A stretch of 64,000 bases of DNA from Candidatus Woesearchaeota archaeon (GTDB lineage Archaea > Nanobdellota > Nanobdellia > Woesearchaeales > JAFGPW01). A program made the translations under genes and the position numbers. Within the stretch, counting starts at the first letter, position 1, and each line of letters begins with the position of its first letter. Where the stretch lies: positions 65,991 to 129,990 of the forward strand of contig JAFGPW010000002.1 of NCBI GenBank assembly GCA_016935985.1, given 5' to 3'. A model generated the notes under the pieces. That model was not told the origin of the DNA, made no database searches, and saw only the letters and a program-made list of their open reading frames with translations. Shown here piece after piece: positions 26,947 to 36,196 of the stretch.

Positions 26947-27198
26947 CTACCCTTTCCCCTCGAGCTTCTTGAGCCGAGACTCCATCTCGCGCTTGCTGTC
27001 CTCGAGCTCCTTGAGATCGGCCATGAGGGAAGCCTTCTCTTCCTCCTCGGTCAGTCGCCGAGCGGTCGGGTACGCGTCCCTATCGAGGTAGCGCCGGCCG
27101 CGTCCGAAGCCGCGGGCACGGCCGCCGCCGCATGGGCCCATCCCCCGTCCTGTCATCGGACCCATCCTATCGGGTCCGGTCCTGTCGAATCCTGGCAT
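26947..27198 (-). CDS. DUF5320 family protein
   Basis: MPGFDRTGPDRMGPMTGRGMGPCGGGRARGFGRGRR followed by coiled-coil LKELEDSKREMESRLKKLE. Confidence 0.7.
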   Translation of the reverse strand: MPGFDRTGPDRMGPMTGRGMGPCGGGRARGFGRGRRYLDRDAYPTARRLTEEEEKASLMADLKELEDSKREMESRLKKLEGKG

Positions 27199-27258
27199 TG
27201 TATATCACCTCCCAAGATTGTATTATGAATATATATTCATAACTACTATATTAAACTT

Positions 27259-27771
27259 GTGAATAGCTTTTTAAATGACCTCGCCTTCCGACCTCAGATG
27301 AACCCCCTCACGCACTCGCTCGCCGCGGTCCTGTTCCTCTTCGGCCTCTATCGCGGCAGCGTCCCGCTCGCCGAGCTCTTCCTCTTCGGCATCGTCTTCT
27401 CGCTCCTCCCCGACCTCGACATCCTGATCGCCATCGCACGAGGGAAGAGCATGATGCACCTCCGCTCGTGGCTGCAGGAGCCGTTCGGCGTGCTCGCGGT
27501 GGCGGTCCCGATCGGTGCCGTCCTCTCGCTCATCCGTCCGGAATACTTCCTGATGACCGTCGTCCCGTACGGCAGCCACGTGATCATCGATTACCTCGCG
27601 CTGCACAAGGTGAAGCCGCTCGCGCCGTTCAGGGATGACACCTACTGGACCGGCTTCGTCATCGGCTGGCCGAGGGCGCCGTGGCACACCGGCGCGGAGA
27701 AGGGCATCCCTGAGAACTACCTCACCGCAGCGCTCCTCCTCGCGCTCTTTCTTTCGCTCTTCCTCACTTAG
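27259..27771 (+). CDS. membrane-bound metal-dependent hydrolase (YdjM/DUF457-like)
   Basis: NPLTHSL ... LPDLDILIA ... SHVIIDYLALH His/Asp pattern, 4 TM. Confidence 0.55.
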   Translation: MNSFLNDLAFRPQMNPLTHSLAAVLFLFGLYRGSVPLAELFLFGIVFSLLPDLDILIAIARGKSMMHLRSWLQEPFGVLAVAVPIGAVLSLIRPEYFLMTVVPYGSHVIIDYLALHKVKPLAPFRDDTYWTGFVIGWPRAPWHTGAEKGIPENYLTAALLLALFLSLFLT

Positions 27772-28598
27772 CTGCCCATGATGAGCGCGGGATTCGTGAG
27801 GAGCAGGATGCCGAGCACGAGCATGATGGCGCCGCCGACGAACTTGATCCACGCCATCTGGTCCTTTGTTATCTCCCTGCTCCTGAACGTCCATCCGAAG
27901 ACGAGGATGACGGCCGAGAGCGGCAGCACATAGACAAGATTGTAGAACGCGAGATAGGCGTAGTGGCCGAGGCCGGCTCCGAGCCCTTTGCCCGCGAGGA
28001 TGCTCGTGTAGATGATGGGGAAGCCCGCGGTGCACGGCAGCTCGACGAGCGAGGAGAACGCGGCGAGGAAGATCGAGGAGCCGATGAGCGCGGGAAGCGA
28101 CCCTTTCCTGATCACCTCCTTCATGTGCCCGATCCTCGCCATGAGGGGCGCCTTGTGCTTCTCCTGGATCATGAGGGTGATGCCCTTCCTGAACCAGATG
28201 AGCTCCTTGATGTTGATGAGGCCCGCAAGGATCGCGAGGGCGGCGATCGTGTAGCGCAGGGGATCGATGAAGCCGATATAGCGGAAGATGTTGAGCCACG
28301 CCGCCATGAACAGGAAGTAGATGAGATAGACCATCACCACGAACGAGAGGCCGATGATCAGGATGCGCCGCCTCGAGTGCGAGACCGACATCAGCAGGCC
28401 GAGCAGCAGGGTGAGGATGAAGAGCGTGCACGGGTTGAAGCCGTCGATGATCGCTATCGCGAAGGTGAAGAGCGGCAGCGGCATGCCGCTGCCGAGCCCC
28501 TCCATCGCAGCGGGGTCGACGCCCTTCAGCGCATAGAACAGGCCGACGATCGCGGCGAGCACGATGATGAGGATCATGGTCTTCTTCGTATTATCCAT
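27768..28598 (-). CDS. CcdA/DsbD-family thiol:disulfide interchange membrane protein
   Basis: Two TM Cys motifs (DGFNPCTLFIL and LVELPCTAGFPIIY), ~8 TM. Confidence 0.65.
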   Translation of the reverse strand: MDNTKKTMILIIVLAAIVGLFYALKGVDPAAMEGLGSGMPLPLFTFAIAIIDGFNPCTLFILTLLLGLLMSVSHSRRRILIIGLSFVVMVYLIYFLFMAAWLNIFRYIGFIDPLRYTIAALAILAGLINIKELIWFRKGITLMIQEKHKAPLMARIGHMKEVIRKGSLPALIGSSIFLAAFSSLVELPCTAGFPIIYTSILAGKGLGAGLGHYAYLAFYNLVYVLPLSAVILVFGWTFRSREITKDQMAWIKFVGGAIMLVLGILLLTNPALIMGS

Positions 28599-28603
28599 CC
28601 GAT

Positions 28604-29032
28604 TCACCTCCGGTTGAACCTGTCGAAATACGCGGCGAAGGCGTCTCGGGACTGCCCGCCGATTACGACCTCGCAGCCGAAGATGGTGGTCGGCGTGAAC
28701 TGGATGTCGATCCCGAGCTCTGCGGTCCGATGCCTGCCCGCATCGGTCGAGACGTCGATCACCTCCAGGTCGACCCCCTTCTCGCGGGCGAGCTCCTCGA
28801 GCATCGGCTTGGCGACCGCGCAATGGCCGCAGTACCGGCTCTCGAGCATGATCACCGAACGAGCGATCTCAGCGGTGCAGGCGGCGGGCGGGAGCATGCC
28901 GTTCTGCATGATGACATAAGGCTGAATCCGCCCATCATCGCCGCCTGCACCGTACCCTGCGCAGCCGGAGACGAGGGACAGGGTGAGGAGGAAGACTGCC
29001 CATCCATATCTTGTGGTTTCGTGCAGCTTCAT
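28604..29032 (-). CDS. thioredoxin-fold lipoprotein (CGHC active site)
   Basis: Lipobox LSLVSGCAG; RYCGHCAVAKP thioredoxin motif; lies adjacent to the CcdA-like gene. Confidence 0.7.
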   Translation of the reverse strand: MKLHETTRYGWAVFLLTLSLVSGCAGYGAGGDDGRIQPYVIMQNGMLPPAACTAEIARSVIMLESRYCGHCAVAKPMLEELAREKGVDLEVIDVSTDAGRHRTAELGIDIQFTPTTIFGCEVVIGGQSRDAFAAYFDRFNRR

Positions 29033-29102
29033 GGCGCATCACAAGGTTTATATGCTGACGGTTGTTCTGGATGAAACGATATATAAATCTTGGTTTCAAA
29101 AA

Positions 29103-29597
29103 ATGAAACAGGAGATCCACGACCGGCTGTTCATGAAGGGCCTCTTCCTCGGGATTGCCGTCATCACGGGCTTCATCTTCATCGTGGTTTTCTCGAGCCT
29201 CTATGTCTCTGACGCCATCCGGAACAACAATGCGTGCGGCTGCGTCATCCCCATCCCCTATATGATCATCATCCTCTCCTCGCTCGGGCTCTTTGTCGGC
29301 AGCCTCTCATACTACATCATCGGCGCGAAGCATGTGCGCGACATGAGCCGGATCGGCCGGGACGTGAAAGCGACGCTTCGGTTCCTCCCGCCTGATGAGC
29401 GTGTGGTCATCGACGCGCTGATCAGCCAGCAGGGTTCGATGCGGCAGTCGGCGATTGCCGCAACGACCGGCCTGGACAAGGTCAGGGTCCACCGGGTCAT
29501 CGGCCGGCTCGAATCGAAGCGGATCGTCGAGAAGACCGATGAGGGCGCTTGCAAGCGCGTGTCCCTGATCCCCGACCTCATCGAGGTGTTCGGCTAG
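29103..29597 (+). CDS. membrane-anchored wHTH (MarR-like) transcriptional regulator
   Basis: Two TM helices then QQGSMRQSAIAATTGLDKVRVHRVIGRLESKRIV. Start set at an internal Met to avoid overlap. Confidence 0.5.
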   Translation: MKQEIHDRLFMKGLFLGIAVITGFIFIVVFSSLYVSDAIRNNNACGCVIPIPYMIIILSSLGLFVGSLSYYIIGAKHVRDMSRIGRDVKATLRFLPPDERVVIDALISQQGSMRQSAIAATTGLDKVRVHRVIGRLESKRIVEKTDEGACKRVSLIPDLIEVFG

Positions 29598-30270
29598 CGA
29601 CGTCACGGCCTGTCTTCCTGTAGAGGACGTCGAAGGCCTCCATGAGGTCTTTCTCGTCGAAGAGGAAGATCATCTCCGGCATGCAGGTCAGGCACTCCCT
29701 GATGTTGACGCCGTGCAGCCACAGCTCCTGGGAGAGGATGCCGAGAACGCCCGGGGTCTCCCACGCCGCCTTCGAGAGGTCGATCACCACCTCACCCATC
29801 CCTCGCTCGATAGAGCGTATCCGCGCCTGCGGGAAGATGCCGGCGACCCGCTCGGCCGCGTCCTCGTCCACGATGACCTTCACCGCGTGCTGCGCCTGGA
29901 CGATCCGCAAGGTCGTCGCCGCGCTCGGACCCGCCTCGGTGAAGATGTCCTCGAGCTTCGCGAGCACGTCCTCCGCCTTCGCGAGCGTGACCGAAGCGAG
30001 ATGGTTCTTGCTCGAGAGCTTGGCGCCCCTGATGATGTCCCGCGCCTCCTCATAGGTCTCCTGGAACGGCCGCTCCTCCTCATATCGCCGGATCGCGGAT
30101 ATGATCGCGTCGAGCGAGGCGTTAGGGAGGATGTTCGCCTGGAACCGTTTGGCGAGCGCCCTCGTGTTGATCAGCCCTCGCGCCAGGTCGAGCCTCACTG
30201 ACGGCGACCGGGCGATCCCATTCCAGACAATCTCCCTTATTTTTGTCATATTCGACATATATATGCTCAA
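29578..30270 (-). CDS. hypothetical protein
   Basis: 230 aa, GC3-rich; possible C-terminal ACT-like region. Confidence 0.45.
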   Translation of the reverse strand: MSIYMSNMTKIREIVWNGIARSPSVRLDLARGLINTRALAKRFQANILPNASLDAIISAIRRYEEERPFQETYEEARDIIRGAKLSSKNHLASVTLAKAEDVLAKLEDIFTEAGPSAATTLRIVQAQHAVKVIVDEDAAERVAGIFPQARIRSIERGMGEVVIDLSKAAWETPGVLGILSQELWLHGVNIRECLTCMPEMIFLFDEKDLMEAFDVLYRKTGRDVASRTPR

Positions 30271-30356
30271 GTATTTAAAACTTTAGGTAAAAATGCCATA
30301 ACATTTTTAAACAAAGAGTGTGTTTTCAGCCAAACTCATTGTGGGGTTTAACACCA

Positions 30357-30479
30357 ATGGCACGGATCGTCTATGACGAGCAGTTTTTTCACGAGCAGGC
30401 AAAGCATGTGGAAAGGCAGCTCGTCATAGCGATCATCGCCTCCCTGGCGATCGTCGGCCTCGTCATCGTCCTGCTCTAG
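30357..30479 (+). CDS. small membrane protein (40 aa, C-terminal TM helix)
   Basis: Not in the track. MARIVYDEQFFHEQAKHVERQLVIAIIASLAIVGLVIVLL. Host-like codon usage. The opposite-strand 64-aa ORF looks antisense. Confidence 0.3.
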   Translation: MARIVYDEQFFHEQAKHVERQLVIAIIASLAIVGLVIVLL

Positions 30480-30560
30480 GCGGCCCGGCTCGGTTCTCGG
30501 CGCCGCGACCCATACCACGACCTGACAGGCCGCTTCCCCCACACTCCGAGGTGAAAGGAA

Positions 30561-30998
30561 ATGGCGAACGGAACAGCAGCCCTCGAACAGGAAATCAGTC
30601 AGACACCAATTCTCTCATCCCTCATCAATGCGGTCAGGGCCGCACCCGGCTATCTGGACCGCATGAAAACTCTCCTCGTCACCGTATTCGTCGCGAAGAA
30701 GGCGGATGATGCAGCGCAGACCATCCCTAATCCTGAGTACCCCTTCTTGAACATGCATGCCCCGGTCAATCCCTTCGGCATCCCGATGGGCGATTACGGG
30801 CCGCCGACCGATGCGGTCCCGGCGAAGCGGTTCCAAGGGCAGAAGATGCCACACGAGCATCCCCTTCCCACAAGCGACCCGCAGGAGATGTTCGAGCTCA
30901 CGCTCGACCAGGTCTACTCGCCCGCCTACTACCGGCGGATCGCCGCGATACGGCTGAACGAGCCGCGTGAGCCTCTTCGTCGCGGGACGGAGAACTGA
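30561..30998 (+). CDS. hypothetical protein
   Basis: 145 aa. Confidence 0.4.
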   Translation: MANGTAALEQEISQTPILSSLINAVRAAPGYLDRMKTLLVTVFVAKKADDAAQTIPNPEYPFLNMHAPVNPFGIPMGDYGPPTDAVPAKRFQGQKMPHEHPLPTSDPQEMFELTLDQVYSPAYYRRIAAIRLNEPREPLRRGTEN

Positions 30999-31002
30999 CC
31001 CG

Positions 31003-31548
31003 ATGGAGCACCACAACCTCGCCCAGCTCCTGAAGGAGCATGCCGGCGACCTGACCGGCTTCGCCGAAGGGGTGAAGGCCCTTGACCATCTCACCCTCGA
31101 CAGCTCAGCGATGGGAAATCTGGAGGAGGCCTTCCAGGCGCAGTACGCGAGTAGCCCGGAGCGCGACGCCGCCGGCAGTACGATCGCGAAGACGGTCGTC
31201 TACGAGCGGATGCTCGAGTCGGTGCGCAACCACGGCAAGAAGGACGCGTTCCGCGACCTCTTCCTGAGCATCGGCGACCAGGGCTGGCGGCCCTGCCAGG
31301 CGCGCGTCGACCAATACATACTCGAGCATGACCGCCGCTCGTTCCAGAGCTACCTCCACGGGATCAAGAACAACCTCCTCTATATCAGCAAGGAGCTCGA
31401 ATCCGTCAAATGGGTGAAGAACGTGAAGGTCGAGCACCAGCTCTGGTACCGCCTCACCGCTGTGGTGAACAACGCCCATCTCCACACCCAGATCTTCGAG
31501 CGGTATGCGAAGATGCCGTTGAAGGACGAGCCTAACAGAAACAGTTAA
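31003..31548 (+). CDS. hypothetical protein
   Basis: 181 aa from the internal Met (MEHHNL). Confidence 0.45.
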   Translation: MEHHNLAQLLKEHAGDLTGFAEGVKALDHLTLDSSAMGNLEEAFQAQYASSPERDAAGSTIAKTVVYERMLESVRNHGKKDAFRDLFLSIGDQGWRPCQARVDQYILEHDRRSFQSYLHGIKNNLLYISKELESVKWVKNVKVEHQLWYRLTAVVNNAHLHTQIFERYAKMPLKDEPNRNS

Positions 31549-31573
31549 ATAACCGGTGCGGCTGCGTTGATGC

Positions 31574-32644
31574 ATGGACGCGGAATCATTCATCAGCGAG
31601 AACCGGAAGCGCATCGACCACCGGCTTTCCGCCTTCTTCGATGCCGAGCGCGCCGCCTTCGCCGCCACGAGCGGCTTCTCCGCTGAGATCCTCGACGAGA
31701 TCAGGGCCTTCGTGCTCCGGGACGGCAAGCGGATACGGCCGCTCCTGTGCCTGCTCGGCTACCACGGCTACGCAGAGCGCCTCGAGCATGAGGACGGCGT
31801 CCTCGATACCGCGTGCGCCCTCGAACTGCTCCACGACTTCTTCCTCGTCCACGACGACATCATCGACCGATCGGATCTGCGGCGGAACCTCCCGACGCTC
31901 CATAAGACGCTCGAGAGGAAATTCCTCAAGTATTCCGACGACCCGGCGCTCGGCGAGAACCTCGCGATCATCGCCGGCGACATCCTGCTCAGCCTCGGCT
32001 TCACGCTGCTCGCCGGCGCCGGCCTCACGCCTGGGACAAGGACGCTGCTCATGAAGCGGTACGTGCACACCATCAACCAGACCGGGCTCGGCGAGATCAA
32101 GGACATCTATTACTCCTTCCTCGACGTGGACGAGGTGAAGGAGGACGACGTCGCGCTCGTCAACCGGATCAAGACCGCGGTCTACACGATTGAGACCCCG
32201 CTCCTCATGGGCGCGATGGCGGCAGGCGCTCCCGAAGAGGAGCTCGCGCGCATCTCGGCGATGGCGATTCCGCTCGGCGAGGCCTTCCAGATGAAGGACG
32301 ACATCATCGGCATGTTCGGGACCGCGGAGGAGGTCGGGAAGCCGACCACGAGCGACCTCGAGGAGGGCAAGAAGACGCTCCTCATCCTCGACACGCTCCG
32401 GAGGGTGGATGGGCCTGACCATGACTTCATCAGGAGCAGGCTTGGCAGGAAACATATCCCTGTCGAGGATTTCGAGATGGTGAAGGAGAAGATGCGCGCG
32501 TGCGGCGCTCTCGACTACGCGGAGTCGATGGCCCGGGAGAAGACGCTTGCCGCGAAGCGCGAACTCGAGCGCCTGCATATCAAGCCGACATTCAAGGCCG
32601 TGCTCTCCGGGCTCGCTGACCTGCTGCTCGAGCGTAAGAAGTGA
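31574..32644 (+). CDS. polyprenyl synthetase (trans-isoprenyl diphosphate synthase, GGPP/FGPP synthase-like)
   Basis: First Asp-rich motif LVHDDIIDRSD and second FQMKDDIIG. Confidence 0.85.
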   Translation: MDAESFISENRKRIDHRLSAFFDAERAAFAATSGFSAEILDEIRAFVLRDGKRIRPLLCLLGYHGYAERLEHEDGVLDTACALELLHDFFLVHDDIIDRSDLRRNLPTLHKTLERKFLKYSDDPALGENLAIIAGDILLSLGFTLLAGAGLTPGTRTLLMKRYVHTINQTGLGEIKDIYYSFLDVDEVKEDDVALVNRIKTAVYTIETPLLMGAMAAGAPEEELARISAMAIPLGEAFQMKDDIIGMFGTAEEVGKPTTSDLEEGKKTLLILDTLRRVDGPDHDFIRSRLGRKHIPVEDFEMVKEKMRACGALDYAESMAREKTLAAKRELERLHIKPTFKAVLSGLADLLLERKK

Positions 32645-32710
32645 CCACTCATCAGAAACAAAAAATTATTATACTTTCTCTCCCCACTCCCCTAACCATA
32701 GAGGGGGACC

Positions 32711-33316
32711 ATGCAGCAGCGACCCGATGACAGCATATTCTCAGGATCGGTCGAGGATATGGTGAGGGATGCCCTGGGCTCCTACCGCGTCGTCGACAGC
32801 TGGACGAACGATCTCTACCCGGTGCCGATACACCTCTCCTATGAGCATGAGAGCTTCCTGATGCTCTTCTCCCTGTGGCTCGGCGACGAGGAAGACAATG
32901 ACGAGGAGGATATCCTCATGCAGTGCATGGACCTCGCCGCCCAGATCGACTACCAGTTCAGCCAACGGTTCGGCTTCTCGATGGAGCCGCGCGACCCCCT
33001 CTCAGCCGCACGGCCGGAGGTCTTCAGGTCGAGGCATGAGCTGCTCTGCCGCATCAACGGCCCTTCCTGGGACGAGCGCAAGCATTACCTCACCCACTGC
33101 CTCCCCAAGAACGGCAGCCTCGACCCGTTCACCTCATACTGGGCGTGCGAATGCGACTTCATGGAAGAGCGCAAGAGCATGGGCTTCTTCGAGGCGGCGA
33201 ATCGGGCGGCGGCGCGCGCCGTCTCGATCGTCAGGTTCATATTCGATAACCGCGATGAGTATTCCTTCTATTTCATCGACTCGCCGACAAAGAGGATGAG
33301 GTTGGAGTTCCCGTAG
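32711..33316 (+). CDS. hypothetical protein
   Basis: 201 aa; stop adjacent to the start of the next gene. Confidence 0.5.
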   Translation: MQQRPDDSIFSGSVEDMVRDALGSYRVVDSWTNDLYPVPIHLSYEHESFLMLFSLWLGDEEDNDEEDILMQCMDLAAQIDYQFSQRFGFSMEPRDPLSAARPEVFRSRHELLCRINGPSWDERKHYLTHCLPKNGSLDPFTSYWACECDFMEERKSMGFFEAANRAAARAVSIVRFIFDNRDEYSFYFIDSPTKRMRLEFP

Positions 33317-33319
33317 TCC

Positions 33320-33865
33320 ATGGAAACCGGCGACCATATCATCAGGAACACCTGCATCGAGGCGCTCTGCTGGTCCGAAGGGGCGGCCCCGGCCGTCTAT
33401 TTCGGAGACGGCAGTACGGCGGTCGTCGGCATCTACCTGCCGGCCCAGCTCGAGCATCACGTCACCGTGCACCATTTCGGCATCATGATGGGCACCGAGC
33501 CGCAGCGGATACGCCTGCTGGTCGAGGACTACCTCGCCGCACGGACACCCCTCCCGGTGGCCGGACAGGCGGCGATGCAGGAGCCCGTCGTCGGCGGGAT
33601 CCGCTCTGGCATGCGCGCCATCCTCAGCGATGCGGCGCCCCTCTTCGTGGATGACGCTTCCTATATCGCGAAATACATCATGCTGCCGTTCGAACGCGGG
33701 CTCCCGCCGTCGTTCTGGCTCAGGGTCGATGATCCTGACATCAGAAGGGCCTACGCCCACCAGCAGAACGAGTTCTTCGCGATGAACTTCCTCGTCCGCG
33801 ACGCCCTCATCTACGACGTCTACCGGAGAAGGCTCGTCGGGCGGAAGCGGCCGCTCAGGAAGTGA
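33320..33865 (+). CDS. hypothetical protein
   Basis: 181 aa. Confidence 0.5.
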   Translation: METGDHIIRNTCIEALCWSEGAAPAVYFGDGSTAVVGIYLPAQLEHHVTVHHFGIMMGTEPQRIRLLVEDYLAARTPLPVAGQAAMQEPVVGGIRSGMRAILSDAAPLFVDDASYIAKYIMLPFERGLPPSFWLRVDDPDIRRAYAHQQNEFFAMNFLVRDALIYDVYRRRLVGRKRPLRK

Positions 33866-34370
33866 GGAGCTTCGCGATAGCGCTCCCGAACGCCCGAGAG
33901 GCGTCAGGCCCGTTCGCGGTGACGACCTTCCCGTCGACCACCACCGGCTCATCCACCCACTCTGCACCGTGCTCCCTGAGGTTGACCTTCTGGCTCGGCC
34001 AGGAGGTGACCCTTTTCCCCTTGAGGACTCCAGCGTTCGCGAGGACCGAGGGCGCGATGCAGATCGCGGCGAGGACCTTCCCTTCATGCTCCATCTCCTG
34101 AGCGAGCATGTGGGCCTTGGAATGCCGGAAATAGAGCGTCGCGCCGGGCCCTCCGACGAAGACGATGGCATCGTAGTTCGAGCCGCACTCGTCGAGGGTT
34201 ATGTCGACGCGCTGCCTCCTGCCTGCCTTGGATACCGCGGCCGAGGTCAGCGACGCGGTGACGACCCCGATCCCCGCTTCCTCCAGCATCCGTCTCGGCT
34301 CGTCGTATTCCTCGTCCCTGAAATCCTCAGGGGCGATGATCATCAGCGCGCGTCTGGGCATCTTCAGCAC
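33855..34370 (-). CDS. DJ-1/PfpI family protein (class I glutamine amidotransferase-like)
   Basis: AAICIAP nucleophile-elbow Cys; 171 aa. Confidence 0.85.
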   Translation of the reverse strand: MLKMPRRALMIIAPEDFRDEEYDEPRRMLEEAGIGVVTASLTSAAVSKAGRRQRVDITLDECGSNYDAIVFVGGPGATLYFRHSKAHMLAQEMEHEGKVLAAICIAPSVLANAGVLKGKRVTSWPSQKVNLREHGAEWVDEPVVVDGKVVTANGPDASRAFGSAIAKLLTS

Positions 34371-34371
34371 C

Positions 34372-35211
34372 TCATGGCAGCCTTGAGTAGGTTTCCTTCA
34401 TAAGCTTTGCGTCTCCCTCGATGTTCGGCGACTCGCAGACGACGACCCCCTTCGCCCTGAAGCCTTTGAGCGATGCGAGGAGCTCCTTCCAGGCGAGCGG
34501 GCATTCCTTCAGGTTGACATGGTTCCGCTCGCCCTTCGGTCCGTACTCGATCCCCGAGATGTGGATGTGCATGTTGTCAAGGGCTTCCCTGCCGAGCCCC
34601 TTCTCGACCTTCCCGAGCGCCTGGTCCCAATCCTTCCTGCCGTTGCGCTTCCCTTGGTACCTGGCGTAGTGATGCGAGAAGTCGATGCACGGCAGCACCT
34701 GCCCGAGATCCTGGGAGATGCGGATGAGCTCGTCGAGGTCGCCCCACTGGGTCTCCTTACCGGTGAGCTCCGGCCTGATCCAGATGCTGTTCCCTTCGTC
34801 CTTGAGCTTTTTCGTTATCGCCGCGAGCCGTTCCTTCATCAGCCGGTAGACCATCTCCTTATCCCGCTGCATATAGAACCCCGCATGGAAGGTGACCGAG
34901 AATGCGCCGGCGAGATGGCCGATCCTGGCAGACTGGAGTATCCGCTGCTCTGAGGCGTGGATCTTCGGCTTCTCGAGGGAGGTCAGGTTGATCCAATAGG
35001 GGCCGTGGACCGAGAGGACCTTGCCTTCCCTCTTCCGGGCGGCGTCGACCTCCTTCGCCATGTCCTCTTTCATGTGCACGCCGCGCACGAACTCGATCTC
35101 CATGTTGTCGAGGCCGAGCTTCCCGAGCTGCCCGATCCCTGCCACCGTCCCCCTCTCAGGCGTCGAGAGAGGGATGCCGGCGGTGCCGAACAGGAGCCTG
35201 TCGAATCCCAT
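34372..35211 (-). CDS. endonuclease IV (Nfo) family AP endonuclease, TIM barrel
   Basis: HGPYWINLTS...AS.QRIL.SARIG..L.......FHAG parallels the Nfo HAPYLINL...FHPGS pattern. Confidence 0.65.
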   Translation of the reverse strand: MGFDRLLFGTAGIPLSTPERGTVAGIGQLGKLGLDNMEIEFVRGVHMKEDMAKEVDAARKREGKVLSVHGPYWINLTSLEKPKIHASEQRILQSARIGHLAGAFSVTFHAGFYMQRDKEMVYRLMKERLAAITKKLKDEGNSIWIRPELTGKETQWGDLDELIRISQDLGQVLPCIDFSHHYARYQGKRNGRKDWDQALGKVEKGLGREALDNMHIHISGIEYGPKGERNHVNLKECPLAWKELLASLKGFRAKGVVVCESPNIEGDAKLMKETYSRLP

Positions 35212-35328
35212 GGGGGTGTCGTAGCGCAGGTCTGCTTATAAAGGTTATGGGCTGGTCGTATTATTATGTATTACTTGTTGGTGGTGAATTCAGATAAGTA
35301 TTTAAGGAGGTGTGTATCAACACCCTCC

Positions 35329-36012
35329 ATGGCATTCTCGCTCGCCGCCCTAGAGCTGCTCCTCTCGCTCTCAGGGAACCCACCGATAAGTGCTCTCGAT
35401 GACACTATCGCCGTCCCCCGTCCCCAGCTGGACCCGCCGCCGATCGAGCGGCTCCTGGATCCTGACGAACAGGATCATATCATCCCGAAGAAAGACATGG
35501 ACCGGCTCTATCTGGGCTCTGCGGCGATCATGCTGCGGATCGGGCAGCTCCATCTCGCCGGCGTCTCGGTGACGAGCCTGGATACGGCGCAGTACTCCAG
35601 ACGGGAGCTCAAGATGATCGAATCCGAGCTGCCTGGCCTCCTCACCTATGAGGCGTTCGTCAAGCAGGATTCCGCCACCTGCCTGATAGGCTTCTTCACG
35701 AAGAGCGAATATGTCTTCCCCGATTCGGCCGTCGAACGGCCGATGATGCTCATGAACATCGGGTTCGAGCGCTATCAGCCGCTCGCCCCCGGCGTCTCGC
35801 TCACCTCGGTGCGGATCCTCGTCGACTACAACCGTGGGCTCGTTGCGATGTACGACACCCCTCTCTTCTATATTCCCGACTCTGCCGACCTGCGTCAGAA
35901 GGTCTGTTCTGGCCTTTCCAGACTCACCACTCCGGATCTCGTCGAGATGCTCAATGCCTACCAGCAGAAGCTCCTCGAGAGCCTCGCGGAGCCGGCGCTC
36001 AAGGACGAATAA
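35329..36012 (+). CDS. hypothetical protein
   Basis: 227 aa from the internal Met. Confidence 0.45.
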   Translation: MAFSLAALELLLSLSGNPPISALDDTIAVPRPQLDPPPIERLLDPDEQDHIIPKKDMDRLYLGSAAIMLRIGQLHLAGVSVTSLDTAQYSRRELKMIESELPGLLTYEAFVKQDSATCLIGFFTKSEYVFPDSAVERPMMLMNIGFERYQPLAPGVSLTSVRILVDYNRGLVAMYDTPLFYIPDSADLRQKVCSGLSRLTTPDLVEMLNAYQQKLLESLAEPALKDE

Positions 36013-36196
36013 TTTATATACTAGCACCCCCATCACAGCCACCATGCGCATCTTCGACTGGCTCTTCCAGCAGCTCTTCCAGGGCATCTTCCTTCTGAAC
36101 ACCTGCTAGTCCGGGCCCCAGAGCCTCACGACGGTAAGCCTTATCTCCATCACTTTTATATATCCTTCATGAATAATGGGCACGAGGTGGGATACA

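Noticed and set aside
30348-30542. 64-aa minus-strand ORF
   Set aside because: Acidic low-complexity translation. The plus-strand 40-aa TM ORF on the same DNA looks more gene-like.
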